DNA of 63,845 bases, counting the filler, from Intoshia linei (taxonomy: Eukaryota > Animalia > Orthonectida): assembly GCA_001642005.1 (NCBI GenBank). It is 5 parts of 5 records of this genome, joined end to end, with 100 filler letters (N's around TTAATTAATTAA, not from the genome) between each part and the next. Parts side by side here need not be neighbours in the genome. Positions count along the whole stretch, not along the records: positions 1 to 30,932 come from LWCA01000366.1; 4 more parts are not named here. One strand, given 5' to 3'. Each line of letters begins with the position of its first letter. Within the stretch, counting starts at the first letter, position 1. A model generated the notes under the pieces. The model was not told the origin of the DNA and ran no database searches. It worked only from the letters and a program-made list of their open reading frames with translations. This document shows, piece after piece, positions 1 to 13,599 of the stretch. A program made the position numbers and the translations under genes.

Positions 1-618
1 AACTGGGATACCAAAATAGAACATGTCTCCACGAGTATTAGAATGTTACCATCTGAGAGAACTGGTATATCTCCAATTGAAATGGTATACGGAAAAAAAT
101 GAATACAATTTCAAATAATAGAACAGTATCAATGAAAATATATTGAAAGAATGAAACACAACTATGATAAGAGAGTACAAAAATCAAAAAGTTACCATCA
201 TAAAAAATTATGAGCCAATACTTCCAAAAAAATCAAAAGATCATAAAATTTTCAAACGACGAAATAAACGCAATTAAAGAACCTACAAAGTTTAAGGATT
301 ATATTTTAAATATAAGCAAAGTTAATGAGTTCAATAATTTTAATCCTCCATTATTGAATGTAATAAAAATTGCCAACAAAACTTTTGGTCAACATTTTGT
401 AATGAATAAAATCAAAAGTATACTAGATGTTAACAATATTACAATATCTTAACGAGGGAGATGTAGTATCTCTATACATACCATTTTATTAAAGTTATAG
501 AGATACTAATTATCACTCAATGACTCAAGAATCTTTAAAGAATGTAAATATTAATTGTAAATGTAAATGTTAATTGTATTTTAGCTTAATTAAATAAATA
601 ATTATCATATTTATTACA
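1..618 (+). mobile_element. 3' end of a degenerate Ty3/Gypsy LTR retrotransposon (integrase remnant, PPT, 3' LTR 462-618)
   Basis: Integrase-like ERTGISPIEMVYGKK* near 55-102. Purine tract AACGAGGGAGA (451-461) directly precedes TGTAGTA (462). The LTR closes with TATTACA (618) and contains AATAAA. Confidence 0.7.
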
Positions 619-772
619 CTTTTTATTGATTGTTTATCAGTATTTTAAAGCCAAATCATTGAGTAATATTTTCTCATAATTTAAAAATATTGTGAAATTA
701 TTAAATTTATCAACTCCCAAAATGTCTACTTGTGCTGAGCACGAGTGGCACGAGGTGGAGAGTCGCCACTGA
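619..772 (+). mobile_element. Right end of a hAT element (TIR family CAGTGGCGACTCT)
   Basis: Ends GAGAGTCGCCACTG. The same terminus closes the hAT transposase pseudogene at 51639 and the copy at 33562. A left-end version CAGTGGTGACTCTC starts at 6792. Confidence 0.7.
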
Positions 773-1277
773 TTCAGATATAGTCGATTGGGGTGAACTA
801 GACAGTTTTTTAGATCAAAATTATGTTTCAGCTAGTAAATGTATTCGTCGACACTGGAATGTGAAATCAAAGCCTATGAAAGTAGCATTTACTAACGAGG
901 TATCGGAACGCGCCCTTGTACAAATGGAAATCTTAATAATAACAGTTCGAACTGATCAAAAATTAGAGTTAAAACTTTTGTCAAAATTCAATAAATTACT
1001 AAATTATTAAAATATGCTGTTATAATTTGTATTATTTATTTGTCTTTATCCTTGTGAGGTTATCCCACAGTGGCTTTTAGTACTACTCTTCTCTACTCTC
1101 CGTTAAAGATGAATATAGGTCTACCAGGGTAAAAAAGTATTATATCTCTTTTCTCTCTAGAGGTCATTATTTATCTCTATCTAAATACAAATTGTAATAG
1201 CATATTTTACATTTAAATATCTGTGTATATATGTAAAAATGTTCATGTGTATGTAATATGTGTATGTATGTGTATAT
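773..1277 (+). mobile_element. C-terminal transposase remnant of a TAGGGTG-TIR (hATm-like) element
   Basis: DWGELDSFLDQNYVSASKCIRRHWNVKSKPMKVAFTNEVSERALVQMEI closely matches the minus-strand translation inside the TSD-bounded element 25203-26436. The sequence continues at 7410-7989, ending GGGACACCCTA. Confidence 0.65.
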
Positions 1278-1686
1278 NGTAAATATTAATTGTAAATGTA
1301 AATGTTAATTGTATTTTAGCTTAATTAAATAAATAATTATCATATTTATTACACTTTTTATTGATTGTTTATCAGTATTTTAAAGCCAAATCATTGAGTA
1401 ATATTTTCTCATAATTTAAAAATATTGTGAAATTATTAAATTTATCAACTCCCAAAATGTCTACTTGTGCTGAGCACGAGTGGCACGAGGTGGAGAGTCG
1501 CAACTGATTGACATGTCAATATTGTGAATTAAAAACCAATATTTATTCGTTTTTATGGGAAACAATATTTATTAAAGAGGGATGGGCAGTCCATCATATT
1601 TGTTTTTTTTAGTTTAAATATTATGTATACAAGTAATAATATATTTACATTGTATTTACATCGCACATAAATAACGAAATCCACAC

Positions 1687-3088
1687 ATGAGACAGAGGTT
1701 ACGTGGATGTCAAAATAAACTAAATGATATATTAGTCGTATACGCATCATTTATGGTGTTTTTTATAACGGAAGGATTTGCGTATACTTTACCAATTTTA
1801 TTGGTTTATTTCAGAAAAAAATTTGTGCTAAACAACACGGACGTATCAAATTATGTATTACTAGCTTATTCTTCATTTAGAATTTCAGGTAATTTAGTTT
1901 TTTATATAATTCATTGGTTTTAATTTTTTCAATAAATTAAAACTTCAATAAGTTTAGCGTTTAATTTAGGTGCACTAGCAGCGACTATTAACAATTACAT
2001 AGGATATCCAAAAAGCATTTTCTTAGGATCAGTTATTATAACAATTTCTAATGTATTTTATCATTTACATTCAAACTGGAAGGTGTGTTTATTGATGAAT
2101 TCATTTTTTAGCAACATTGGAATGGGTATATTGTATTATAGTGTATTTTTATTTACTCTGGATTACTACGATATTCACACCACAAAAGCTATAGGCTTGG
2201 CAAGTTCTGGCTCAGCGTTTGGAGGAATGGCATTTCCGTATATAATACAATATCTTGTTGATCATACTGGAATTGATTATTACATGTATTTTTTATCAAT
2301 GGGAATGGGCCTAATTGGTTTGATTCATTTGCCAATCTATATAATAGTAGTGAAACAAAATCCTCAAAAGCTTACTGTAACGGCAAACGTGAGAAACATC
2401 ACAAAAGATGGAATTTTAAAAAATATAACGTATTATTTAGGAATAGATATTCTAAAAGACAAAAAGTTTATAAGTTTTATGTTTATTATGTGTCTATTGA
2501 CTATATCTGTTTACAACCCTTTTGTATTTATCATCCAACATGTATCAAGAAAATTTAAGGATGCTAAAAAGATAAATATCACTATTTTAATGTCTCTATC
2601 AAGAGGGATTGGACAAATATTTCTAGGCGTATTGTGTGATCAATCAAAATTTTCCAATATTTTAATTTTTAGTATTTATACATTTATTTCAGGAATTATT
2701 TTCTATTTTTTAATTTTTACAACCACCTTCAACCTTTTGATGTTTGTGTACATTTCTTACTCTTTTTTCCATGCTGGAGTGATAATATTGCCTAGTGTTT
2801 GTTTAAAAAATTTTTTAAGTCTTTCGAAATTAAAAGTAGGCTTTGCTTATTATTCAATTTTGACTGCAATATTTTTACCAATTGGATCACAAATAAATGG
2901 TATGATTTTATTAATATTTTTAAAACAGTCTAGCGTTGATCTTAAATGCAAATAAATTGGACCGAATTGTAATTGTATATATTGTAAATGGAACTATTAC
3001 AATAATATCTGCGATTTGTATGGTTCTTTTATCTGCCAGTCTGTTAAAATTCTACAAAAAACGAATAAAATATAAAAATTTATTGTAA
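1687..3088 (+). CDS. MFS monocarboxylate transporter-like (SLC16 family), copy 1; exons 1687-1888, 1970-2899, 2934-3088
   Basis: Multi-TM hydrophobic ORF with the motif AIGLASSGSAFGGMAFP. GT-AG introns of 81 and 34 nt restore the frame to TAA at 3086-3088. Confidence 0.85.
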
Positions 3089-3790
3089 AAATTAAATGGT
3101 ACAAACAAAACGGTTTGGTCTTGAAAATTTTAAATTATTTAATATTACAAACAGTAGGTCAAAAGTGGTAATGTTTATGATTTTTCTTTTTTCAATAATT
3201 ATTATTATAATACCAAAAAAGTTAAATTTGTCGCACTATCATATTTATTTGAGAAACTACATGTACTGTAGTACTTGAATGTGGTGAAAATTTTTAGCAT
3301 CTGATGTTAACGTGGGTGATTGAATTCAAGTGATAAGACTACATATTTTTTATTTGAAATAAAACCTTAAAAATTAATGAAAAAAAAACTTTAATTTTTT
3401 GAAAACGGTATGTCACTTAATAATTCTTTTAAAATTCATATTATTTTGGAATAACATATTTATTTTATTCTATTTCAAAAAAATGACTAACTTGATAAAA
3501 TTATAATTTATTAGAAATAACTTAAATTACTTAATGTAATTATCATTAACTTTTTTAAAATAAAAGTATATGAATATTGTTGAGTAGTTTATATAGGGGT
3601 TATTAGGAAAATTGGTAATACATTATAGTGCAGTAATGGTCTCGTATATAACATTATACTAGTAGCTACGTTAAATCGATTATAAATAAACAATTATAAC
3701 ATTAAAACATTATAAATAAACGTTTAATCTGAATATTAGATCAAATAAAAATTTCATTTAAAACTAGGGTTGATAATAAATATAATATAC

Positions 3791-5957
3791 ATGAACTTTT
3801 CAAAACAGATTGATGGATCATACGGCATATTAATAGTAATTGCTGCTTACATTTTTTATTTTATAGTTGATTCTTGGACATATACATCACCTTTAATATT
3901 TGATTTAATTCAAAAAAAACACAATAATGATTCTTCGTCGATCAATTTGTTTGTGACATTGATATTTTCTATACCTTGCTTCACAGGCTTAATTGTGTGC
4001 CATTTGATTGTCAAAATTGGATATACTCGTTGTGGTATTTTGGGAACACTAATATTTACGATACCATTATTATTCTATCATCAAATTGTCAGTTGGTCGA
4101 TAGTACTGGTAGTGATTAGTGGAATTTCGAGCGTTGGATTGGGATTTTTTTATTTTGTACCTTACTTGAATGTAATGCACTTTTTCAATAGGCACCGAGG
4201 TGTAGCATTAGGATTTACTACACTTGGTTCAGCAATGGGTGGAGCCATATTTCCGTATTTTTTTAATATTTTGCACTTGAATTATCCCAACAGTTACATG
4301 TACATTTTGGGAACTTTTATTTTGATTCTTCTTTTTATTTGTTCTTTTGTTTTTAAAGAACCTGAAAATCATGATATTGAAAAAATAGAACCAGTTGAAT
4401 TAACAAAGAGTTTAGAAAACAATCAACAAAAAAATTGTAAATCTATGGAAAATTTAATTAAATTCAGTTCTGAAAGCGTTCACAATAAAATAAAGAATAA
4501 TTTAAACACTATTCCAAAAAAAGTACGTAAAAATTGGAAACACATCTGTATTAACATATTACATGTACACCTGTTTGAAAATGTAAATTTTGATATTTTC
4601 TTGACGTTTACGTTTATTGCATGTTTATTTTTAACAAACTGTTTTGTTTATATTGGACAACACGTTGAAAGTGTTTTGAATAAACACGAAGTCACAAGTG
4701 AAACAGAATGGAAGGTTTCATTTGTTTTAACGGTCATGTCTACTGGTAGAGGTTTCGGACAATTAACTATGGGGGTTTTGATGGATCATTCCAATTATTC
4801 TCCTTTTAATCTATTAGGCAGCTGTTTCGTTATGATATGTAATATTTTATTTTATATTACTTGTGGCATAATTTTTTCATAAATTATAAAAATTTCTCTG
4901 CCATTTAATATAAACCGAGGAAAGTAGAAATCCTAGATAAATTTGTCATTTTTAACTTTTTTATTAACAGGTTTACTTGCATTAAAAACAGATGCGGCTA
5001 GTACAATTAACACATAGTTTACGAAAATAGATGAAATTCATTTTTACCAATTTTGGAATATTTTTTAGGTTTCAATATTACATAAATAAAATATAGAATT
5101 TTTTAAAGATTACATTTCAAATACAGTTTTTTTCGGGACGTATATTAAGATATATTTGAACCTTCCAATTTCATATCTTCAGGGTCAAAAACCCCTATTG
5201 TCCCTCTTTTTGAAAATGAAACGAGTTGGAGAATTTAAAAAATTATATACGCTGATGCGGATTTTAAAATTATAAACATTATCATAAATTTAAATTTAAA
5301 AAAATTATATCTTCAATCGTGTCATATCGTGAATTTATTTTTTTGGCATAATAAAAGAGTGCCCTCGGCAGAGCTAGGTGCTGTTTGTACATAGTACAAA
5401 ACTGCCAAGCTAGTGTTTATATATAGTTCTATTAGACGGGATCACGTGCTCCCTGGAACCTACAACACGACGCCACAGATTTAGACTAAATCTATATTTG
5501 TGTGAGACCAAATAAAAAATTAAAAGTATAATTTTAGCATTGATTCAATATTTGATCGCATTTATGGAAAATTACATTTTGTTGTTGATATTATATGGAG
5601 CATTTTCAGCGTTCTTTTCATCAATTGACATATTACCAGTTTTTTGTCTAAATAAAATGGTTGCAGAAAAACATATAAATGTTTCTTTTTCGTTTATGAT
5701 TTTATCTGCTGGTATATCCACGATAATTGGAGGCCAAATATCTTGTAATTTACAATTTATATTTTGATTTAGTATTTATATTAATACTAAAACTAGATGT
5801 TATATATAAAAAGTATCAACAATATATGATGATTTATGTTGTATCTGCTACGATATCATTGATATCATCATTTATGCTAATAATTCTTGGATACAAAGTT
5901 AAAAACGAAGCAAATTATGTCAAATCGAAAAATGAAAATGAAATTAACGTCCTTTGA
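3791..5957 (+). CDS. MFS monocarboxylate transporter-like (SLC16 family), copy 2; exons 3791-4838, 5538-5744, 5797-5957
   Basis: N-terminal DGSYGILIVIAA (DGGWGW-like) and FNRHRGVALGFTTLGSAMGG. GT-AG introns keep the frame, and the last intron is at the same position as in copy 1. Confidence 0.88.
5040..5413 (+). mobile_element. Non-autonomous Helitron-like family copy (in the MCT copy 2 intron)
   Basis: 3' hairpin TTTGTAC-ATA-GTACAAA then CTAG|T at 5410-5414. The internal sequence is shared with about 10 other copies in the window. The start is approximate. Confidence 0.7.
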
Positions 5958-6153
5958 AATGTAAAAGTAAACACCATTTAGATGCAACATAAAAAAATTT
6001 ATTATTTGTATATCTTTTGCGAAATATATTTTAAATTTTGAGATATAATTAAATAGAGAAACTTCATTTATGTATACATGTATGTAACGTTGTCCAAATA
6101 TAAAATATATTTAATGGGATAATGACTTATTAACCATAAAAATATTTTTCCAG

Positions 6154-6410
6154 TATTTTTCTACACAATTGCTTTGTTTATGTTGGTCAACATGTTGATT
6201 ATGTATTACATGAATATACTTATATCGTGAATACTTCCAGCAAAATTTTTCTGGTAATATCCACCATGTCAATTGGAAGAAAATTGGGACAAGTTATTTT
6301 AGGATTTGTCGTTGATTACTCCAAACCATCTTATTTCGTTTTGTATGCATCTTGTTATGTAGCTATAAGTACTTTATTATATATAAATCAGGGCATCTCA
6401 AAAGTGTTTA
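6154..6410 (+). pseudogene. Isolated fragment of a third SLC16-like paralog
   Basis: FLHNCFVYVGQHVDYVL...STMSIGRKLGQVILGFVVDYSK aligns to copy 2 FLTNCFVYIGQHVESVL...TVMSTGRGFGQLTMGVLMDHSN. It follows a TTTTTCCAG acceptor. Confidence 0.7.
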
Positions 6411-7409
6411 CCATGTTCCATTTTATATTTTTATATGATTACTCAATTTTATAAAAATATAAAAAATGATAATTTGGTAATGTTACATTCCACAGAATAA
6501 AAAAATAGAATATATTTTAAATTGAATAATTACCAGAACTTTAATTCTTTAAATAATAGCTATTTGAATTCCCACACTTGAAAACTTATAAACTGTTTCT
6601 TAAGATATAAATGTAAAGTACTTTTATTAATTTGGGGGCCTTTTTTAATAGTATAGTCCATATTGCCTATGCCTTAAAACGGCTTTGCCTAATTTATGGC
6701 ATATTTTAGTATTACTGACTTTTAAGTTAATGTTTTTAATATCTTTATGAATACTTTTTTATTGTGATAAAATGGTAACAAGGAATAACAGCAGTGGTGA
6801 CTCTCCAATTTGAGCTACTCAGACTGAGTTAGTGATTGTGATTTCCCGGGAAAAATAAAAAAATTTTATTCATATATAATATAGAAGCATTAAAATTTTT
6901 AGAGACTTTAATTAATTTTAGAAACAAAAAGAAATTTAATTAGAAAAAAATTTATTTATTTTAGATTGTTGAAAAAGTGTTTCAAAACACACATAATATT
7001 GATAGATTCGTCTTTTAAACGCGAACTTAGAAGCAGTAGAGAAATTTATTGCATTTTGTGTGAACGTAGGTTGAACGATCATAAGGCTTCCTTTAATTTT
7101 AACAATCTTGATGATGGCGTTCCAGTTCGTAACAACTTATAATATTGGAAAAAGGATATTTTTCCAATAAGGGCTGGAAAATTAGATTTTTATTTGTGGT
7201 TTGATGAAACGGATTTTTTTCATAGTATTTCGTAAAATCGGATTTTTGAAAAGAATATCGGTGTAAGACAATTTTTCCATGAGGGCTTGAAATGGTATTT
7301 TTGATTAAATTTTATTAGTGGTGGGATTTTTGAAATGGTAAATTTTAAATATTATAATATAATTATATTTTCATAGTAATAACAAACATAAATCAAATAC
7401 AGGTATGTN

Positions 7410-7989
7410 AACAGTTCGAACTGATCAAAAATTAGAGTTAAAACTTTTGTCAAAATTCAATAAATTACTAAATTATTAAAATATGCTGTTATAATTTGTA
7501 TTATTTATTTGTCTTTATCCTTGTGAGGTTATCCCACAGTGGCTTTTAGTACTACTCTTCTCTACTCTCCGTTAAAGATGAATATAGGTCTACCAGGGTA
7601 AAAAAGTATTATATCTCTTTTCTCTCTAGAGGTCATTATTTATCTCTATCTAAATACAAATTGTAATAGCATATTTTACATTTAAATATCTGTGTATATA
7701 TGTAAAAATGTTCATGTGTATGTAATATGTGTATGTATGTGTATATAATGTATATATATGTGTATGTATGTGTAAATAATGTATATGTATATAAATGTAT
7801 ATAAGTATAAAAACAAACAATAATAAAGTTCTTTTGTCATGCTTTTAAAAAAGGTTTATAAAAATTGGCGATAGAAATTACCAAACTAGATAAAATTTAA
7901 TCGGTAATTGTGTTCTAAATTACATTTCGAATGCTCAGTAAAATATACTTTTGTTAATTCAACCGAAAGTTTAAAAAAGGGACACCCTA
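7410..7989 (+). mobile_element. hATm-like element right end (duplicates 941-1277)
   Basis: Identical to 941-1277 after a single N. Ends in TIR AAAAAAGGGACACCCTA. Confidence 0.6.
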
Positions 7990-8037
7990 TTGTTCATATA
8001 ATTATAATTTTATTATAAGGCTTATAATATATATTCA

Positions 8038-9495
8038 ATAGCTTGACTGTTATGTTGTTCATACAAATAGCAGTTAGCCCGACCCAGGGCGAAAAATAAA
8101 CCAATAAAATAAATTAAATAAAATGTTACTTAAAAATTCTATTAGCTATTAATAATCCTTCAAAGGTATGGTTCTGAACTTGTTTTAACATGGACCGGCT
8201 TATTATTTTTAAAAAATATCCGAGAATTTAGGTTTCATAAAATTTTAGGACATTTTTCATATTTATAATAAAGGGTAATTTGTGATTTTGATTATGAAGG
8301 TGTGCGTTTCTGAGGCTGAGATTGACGACGATGTTAATGATTTTTAAACACATCCCAGAAGTTATATTTTTTTAAATTTTTGGGATGCTTATATTTTAAA
8401 AAAAAATGCAACTTGGGTTTTTCACCGTAAAGGACTCAATTTTGGAAAATAAAACTCAGATAATAAACATCAATAAGATAAACATCACATGCGAAAATAT
8501 TTATTATTAATTGGTTATTATGTATCTAGTCTAATAATAGTTCGTTGTTGTAGATTGAAAAATTGCAAAGGAATCAATTATATAGATTTTCACCCATATT
8601 TTTTTATTGAAAATGTGTATGTAATGTGAAGAGGATATTTAGAGTTGTCAATATTTGTGAAGTAAATATCTTATATGGTTTTGGAATACACAGCACTACC
8701 AAAGCACACTTGGAATAGTATTGTTACTAGGTGACAACGCTACAGTGTAGACGTTAAATGCACATTTTTTTGAAATTGTAGGATCAATATTTACATTTTC
8801 AATTTTTATTTTACGTTAATCGAAATATTGGAAAAATATTGGTTGATAATACATTATGTATAATACATAATATATATTAAAAATTATTTTTCACCGGGAA
8901 TGCATAGTTTTACTGGGTTCAAATTTTATATTTTATATCAACTGGAGTAAGCTCTATATTCTCTTGTTTTTTAATTTTGGGACCGATAATTATTTGAAAT
9001 TTTTTGTTTTAATAAAATATTTCGTAAAAAAATGTATATGAATACTAAGTGCTTTTTTGACCATGAAGGCGTCACTTATTTAGATTGAAATTATTTGTGT
9101 CTGTTAACAGGATAAAACTGTACCACCGCTAAATTTTTTTTAAATTCTAGGGTTATTTTCATTAAAAAAAGGGTAATTTGTGGTTTTGACCATGAAGATA
9201 TATTTTTTTTAAATTTAAATTTATGACAATATTTATGATTTTAAAATCCGTATCAGAGTATATACTTTGTTAAATTCTCGAACTAGTTTGATTTTCAAAC
9301 AATAGGACAATTGGATTTTTGACCCGTAAGATGTAAGTTTGAAAGGTTGAAATTTATTTTACTAACACACTTATAAAAACTGTAATTGAAATGTGGCTTT
9401 ATAAAATTCTAAGATTGGTAGTTATTAAAATAAACGATAACACACACAGATAAACAAAGCATATTATATACAAAGTAATCATATGTAAATAAGGA
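8038..9495 (-). mobile_element. Near full-length non-autonomous Helitron-like copy
   Basis: The minus strand begins A|TCCTTA near 9495 with a nearby (TG)n tract. A degenerate 3' end near 8038-8090 matches the other copies. Confidence 0.65.
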
Positions 9496-10332
9496 TGGTA
9501 TCAGATTTGAAGTGATTGATTAACAAATTTATCAAAAGTATATATAAGATTGTAAACATTCTAAATTGTTTTTTATGGTGGGACATTTACCCTACTATAA
9601 TCTAAGTATAATACGGAATATTTCCACTACGTTTTTTCGAATATTCCCAGTTTATAGAAAATGAACACGCTGCATGTAGGATGATATCACATTTGGCATG
9701 TTAAAAAACTTTAAAATGTAACTATTTGTATGTGACGCCACGAATTCTACCAGATTCAAAATAATATTCAACGTCAAATTTGAAATTAGCCGTTTTAATA
9801 TTGGTATCTTTTGTTTTTGAATCGATTGTAACAAAATCATCTAAATTAAATAGTTATTTTATCAAATTTTAGCAACAATTAGTGTCAAACTTAATATAAT
9901 TCTATTCATCAAAGACTCTAGTCACTAGAGTCAAGATTTTTACTCACTGGATAATTCCATTTTATTGAATTGAAACAAAATATTTTAGTAATATGTCAAT
10001 AAAACAGTTATACTAGTACTAATTGTATTAATATATTGAAATCCTTATAACCGCACTTACAATGTATAAGGCCAGTTTTTACATCAAAGTTAAATGTTAA
10101 TCAAACACAGAAAACAACAAACGATTAATTAAAATGTGATAAAAAATTAAATGACGACTAGCGTATAACAATTTCCCTAACAAATAACAATACAAATAAT
10201 GTCAATACATGAAAAACACGCCTATAACATTAATTGGCAAACTAATGAGATTATTGAGCATTTTCATTATCACAAAATAAAAAGTTACAATTCATCAGTT
10301 TAATTTTGAGCAAAGGTATACTTTAATAAAAT

Positions 10333-11240
10333 ATGCAATACAAACCCACATACTTATCCCACCTTGATGCAGACTACTTTGATCAACCTCAAAAGATAAA
10401 AAAGCATAACTGCTCCAAAGATTCAGGTTTACTTGAATTTATATATCAGTTTTATAATAAATTAGCATTCAAATCAATTTCACCCTTCGGAACGGAATCC
10501 AGCCTTTCTTCAGATAATTCAACCAAAATTATTCCAGTTATCAAAAAAAAGACTTTTACAGATTTTTCCATAATGAAAATACTAAAGCATTCTGAACGAT
10601 GTCAAAATACAACAATTTCTCATAAAATTAACACAAAGACGTAATAATTAATTTAAAATTATTATACGTTTATTATAATAATGTATAATAATAATAATTA
10701 TTAATTTATTTATTTAATTTCTAGAATATCTAATAAAATGGAGTTGTGTTGTCACATATGTACAAAGATGTTTAAATCACGCGCAACGTTACGTAATCAT
10801 ATGCCAGTACATACAGGATTAAGAGCATTTAAATGCATCATTTGTGACAAATCATTTAAACAAGCCAGTACATTGAGTAGACACAAGATTATACACACCG
10901 AACTGAAACCATACAATTGTAAACAATGCAGCAGCAGTTTCAATAGGAAATCCACTTTATATATGCACATGAAAATTCACACTGGAATAAAAGATATAAC
11001 ATGTACATTTTGCGGAAAGGGTAATCGAATTATAATTAATAATAATACTAATAATAACCAATAATTGTTAAATAATTCATTAAATGATATTTAGAATTTA
11101 ATCAAAGAGGTAATTTTCACAGTCATTATCTAACACATGTCGGAAATAGAAAATTTTTATGCTCTTTTTGCGGAAAAAATTTTTTAACAAAACACTCTCT
11201 TAAATACCACCAAACGAGACATTGTAAAAACACTAAATAA
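10333..11240 (+). CDS. FEZF: Fez family C2H2 zinc-finger transcription factor (FEZF/earmuff ortholog); exons 10333-10640, 10725-11020, 11095-11240
   Basis: Diagnostic fingers HMPVHTG, FKQASTLSRHKIIHT, FNRKSTL and FCGKEFNQRGNF, plus an eh1-like motif FSIMKIL. GT-AG introns of 84 and 74 nt. Confidence 0.88.
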
Positions 11241-11419
11241 ATGGATAATATTTTGTTATATTTTCAATTTTTGTTAATTGTTTCGAAAAATATACATATC
11301 GTTAAATTGATAAATTCTGTCGACTTTTTCAAAATTCAGTTAGCTTATGGTTCTTTGGTATGTGAATTCTCATAAAATGCAATGATAAGAATAAACTTTT
11401 TTGTATATATTTTCACATA

Positions 11420-11940
11420 TAATTTTGGGACTGTTAATTATTTCAAATTTTTTGTTTTAATAAAATATTTTGGAAAAAAAATATGTGAATACTAAGTGCT
11501 TTTTTGACCGTTAATGCGTCACTTATTCAGATTGAAATTATTTGTGTCTGTTAACAGGATACAACTGTACGACTTGTAATTTTTTTTCAATTCTAGGGTT
11601 ATTTTCATTAAAAAATGAAGGGTAATTTGGGGTTTTGGCCCTGAATATATATTTTTTTAAATTTAAATTTATGATAATGTTTATGATTTTAAAATCCGTA
11701 TCAGAGTATATATTATTTTAAATTCTCCAACTCGTTTGATTTTCAAAAAAAAACAAATTGGGGTTTTTGACCCGTAAGATGTGAGTTTGGGAGGTTGAAA
11801 TTTAGTTTGCGAATATCCCCGGAAAAAATGTAATTGAAATGTCGACTTTATAAAATTCTAAAACGGGTAGTTATTTAAATAAAGTGGGACACAAAAACAC
11901 ACAAAAACGAAAATAGCTCAGCATATTATATAAGTAAGGA
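11420..11940 (-). mobile_element. Helitron-like family copy (5' part)
   Basis: Ends on the + strand in TATATAAGTAAGGA|T, which is the 5' TC terminus on the minus strand. High identity to 8975-9470. Confidence 0.65.
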
Positions 11941-12148
11941 TTTTAAAGATATTAATTGAATTCCGCTTAATGTTTTTTGAGAATTGAGAGTTCTTAATAA
12001 CGGCATATTATTTTTCACATATCAAAGCATACTTTCTGGTCATGTGTTAATTTTTTTTTGAACAGCCCTAATATACATATACGAAATAGCGGCGGGTCAC
12101 TTAAATTTGAAACGGGCCACAAGTTTGACATATCTGATATATTATGAC

Positions 12149-13599
12149 TAGGGCGATTATTTTTTAATTAGGGCAAATTTTGATATGTTCATACGCATCA
12201 AATTACAATCATAATGATAGTAATTTTACGTGTATTAATTGGCTAATTAAAATTTGATTAAGTTAATAAAGTTAAAATAATATTTTGAAAAGTAAAATTT
12301 TATTAGAAGTTAAATTATATTTTCAAACATTAATTTTGTTCTATACAATTTCGTTTTGTTTTGTACTTTTATTTTATGCATAATTGTAGTAAATAAACTT
12401 ATTAATTTTTATATCACTCACTAAAAGCAGTTTTTGTTTTTTTTTAACTTATTTCTATTCATAATATAGGTAATTTAGCAATACTTTTATATGATTAATG
12501 TTTTTTTAAGCATGCCAAAATATGCGAAATCTAAATATGAAAAAATTTACAATATTACAAAACTTTATTCTAGTGAATTAATTAAGAATGACGACAATTT
12601 ATTTTGCATGAAATGTTGCAATGTTACTTTTACAAAATTAAATTTTGTTGAATTACACATCAAATTAGCAAAACATAAGAGTTTTATACATATTGTCAGT
12701 ATTGGAAGTTCAATTAAAACATCGAATGACTTTGCAACAGAAATTGCGGAAGCAATTCTATCTGCGGATATACCTCTAAAAAGTTAAATAACGTCGAGTT
12801 AAGAACAATATATAAAAAAAGGGAATAATTTTGCCTTCTGAAAGCAATTGCAGAAATAAAATTGATGTATTGTATTTAAATGAAATGGAGAGAATAAAAA
12901 ATTATTGCATTAATAAATTAATCTTTATCATTATGGACGAAACTGATTTAAATGGATATAAGTGCATTAATACTATGATCGGAACATTAGAAACACCTCA
13001 GAATGTAATATTATATGATTGTAAAAATATTAGAAGTAATATGAACGGAAAAATGGTCATTCATACTCTTCATGATACAATTAAAAATAATGAAACAAAA
13101 CAAAACAAAGAAAATTTTTAAAAGATAATTTTAAAAAATATTTGATTTTGTACTACAACAAATAATACACTTTTTATACATCTTTATTAAGACTTAAATT
13201 AGGGATCGGAAACCTTTTGCATTTAGTGGATCACTTTTCTATTTTTTACAGGTGTATTAGAAATAGTAGATATTACTAACGAGTACTAAATTTAAAAAAG
13301 GTTATGAAACCCTGAATTAGATATTTACGGACATAAGACAACGCTGCTTGTTCTACAACAACTATCTAATAATGGCAATACAATTATGTTTTAAAATTTA
13401 TATAACGGTGCTACTGCCGACAAGGCCCCAGAAATATTATTATTATGGCGAATAAGAGATTTCATCACTGTTTAGAAAAAAATTTAACGAAAAAAACAAC
13501 ACTACGTGAATTTTTTTTTCTAAAAGTTAAATAAGTTAAATAAATTTGATTGGTAAGTTAAATTTTTTGGTTTTTATAAGTTAAAAAAAAATCGCCCTA
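12149..13599 (+). mobile_element. hAT DNA transposon, internally deleted transposase (CGGBP1-like type)
   Basis: TIRs TAGGGCGATT.../...AATCGCCCTA and perfect 8-bp TSD ATTATGAC. ORF remnants carry LFCMKCC..H..H, ILSADIPL and IIMDETD. Confidence 0.9.
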
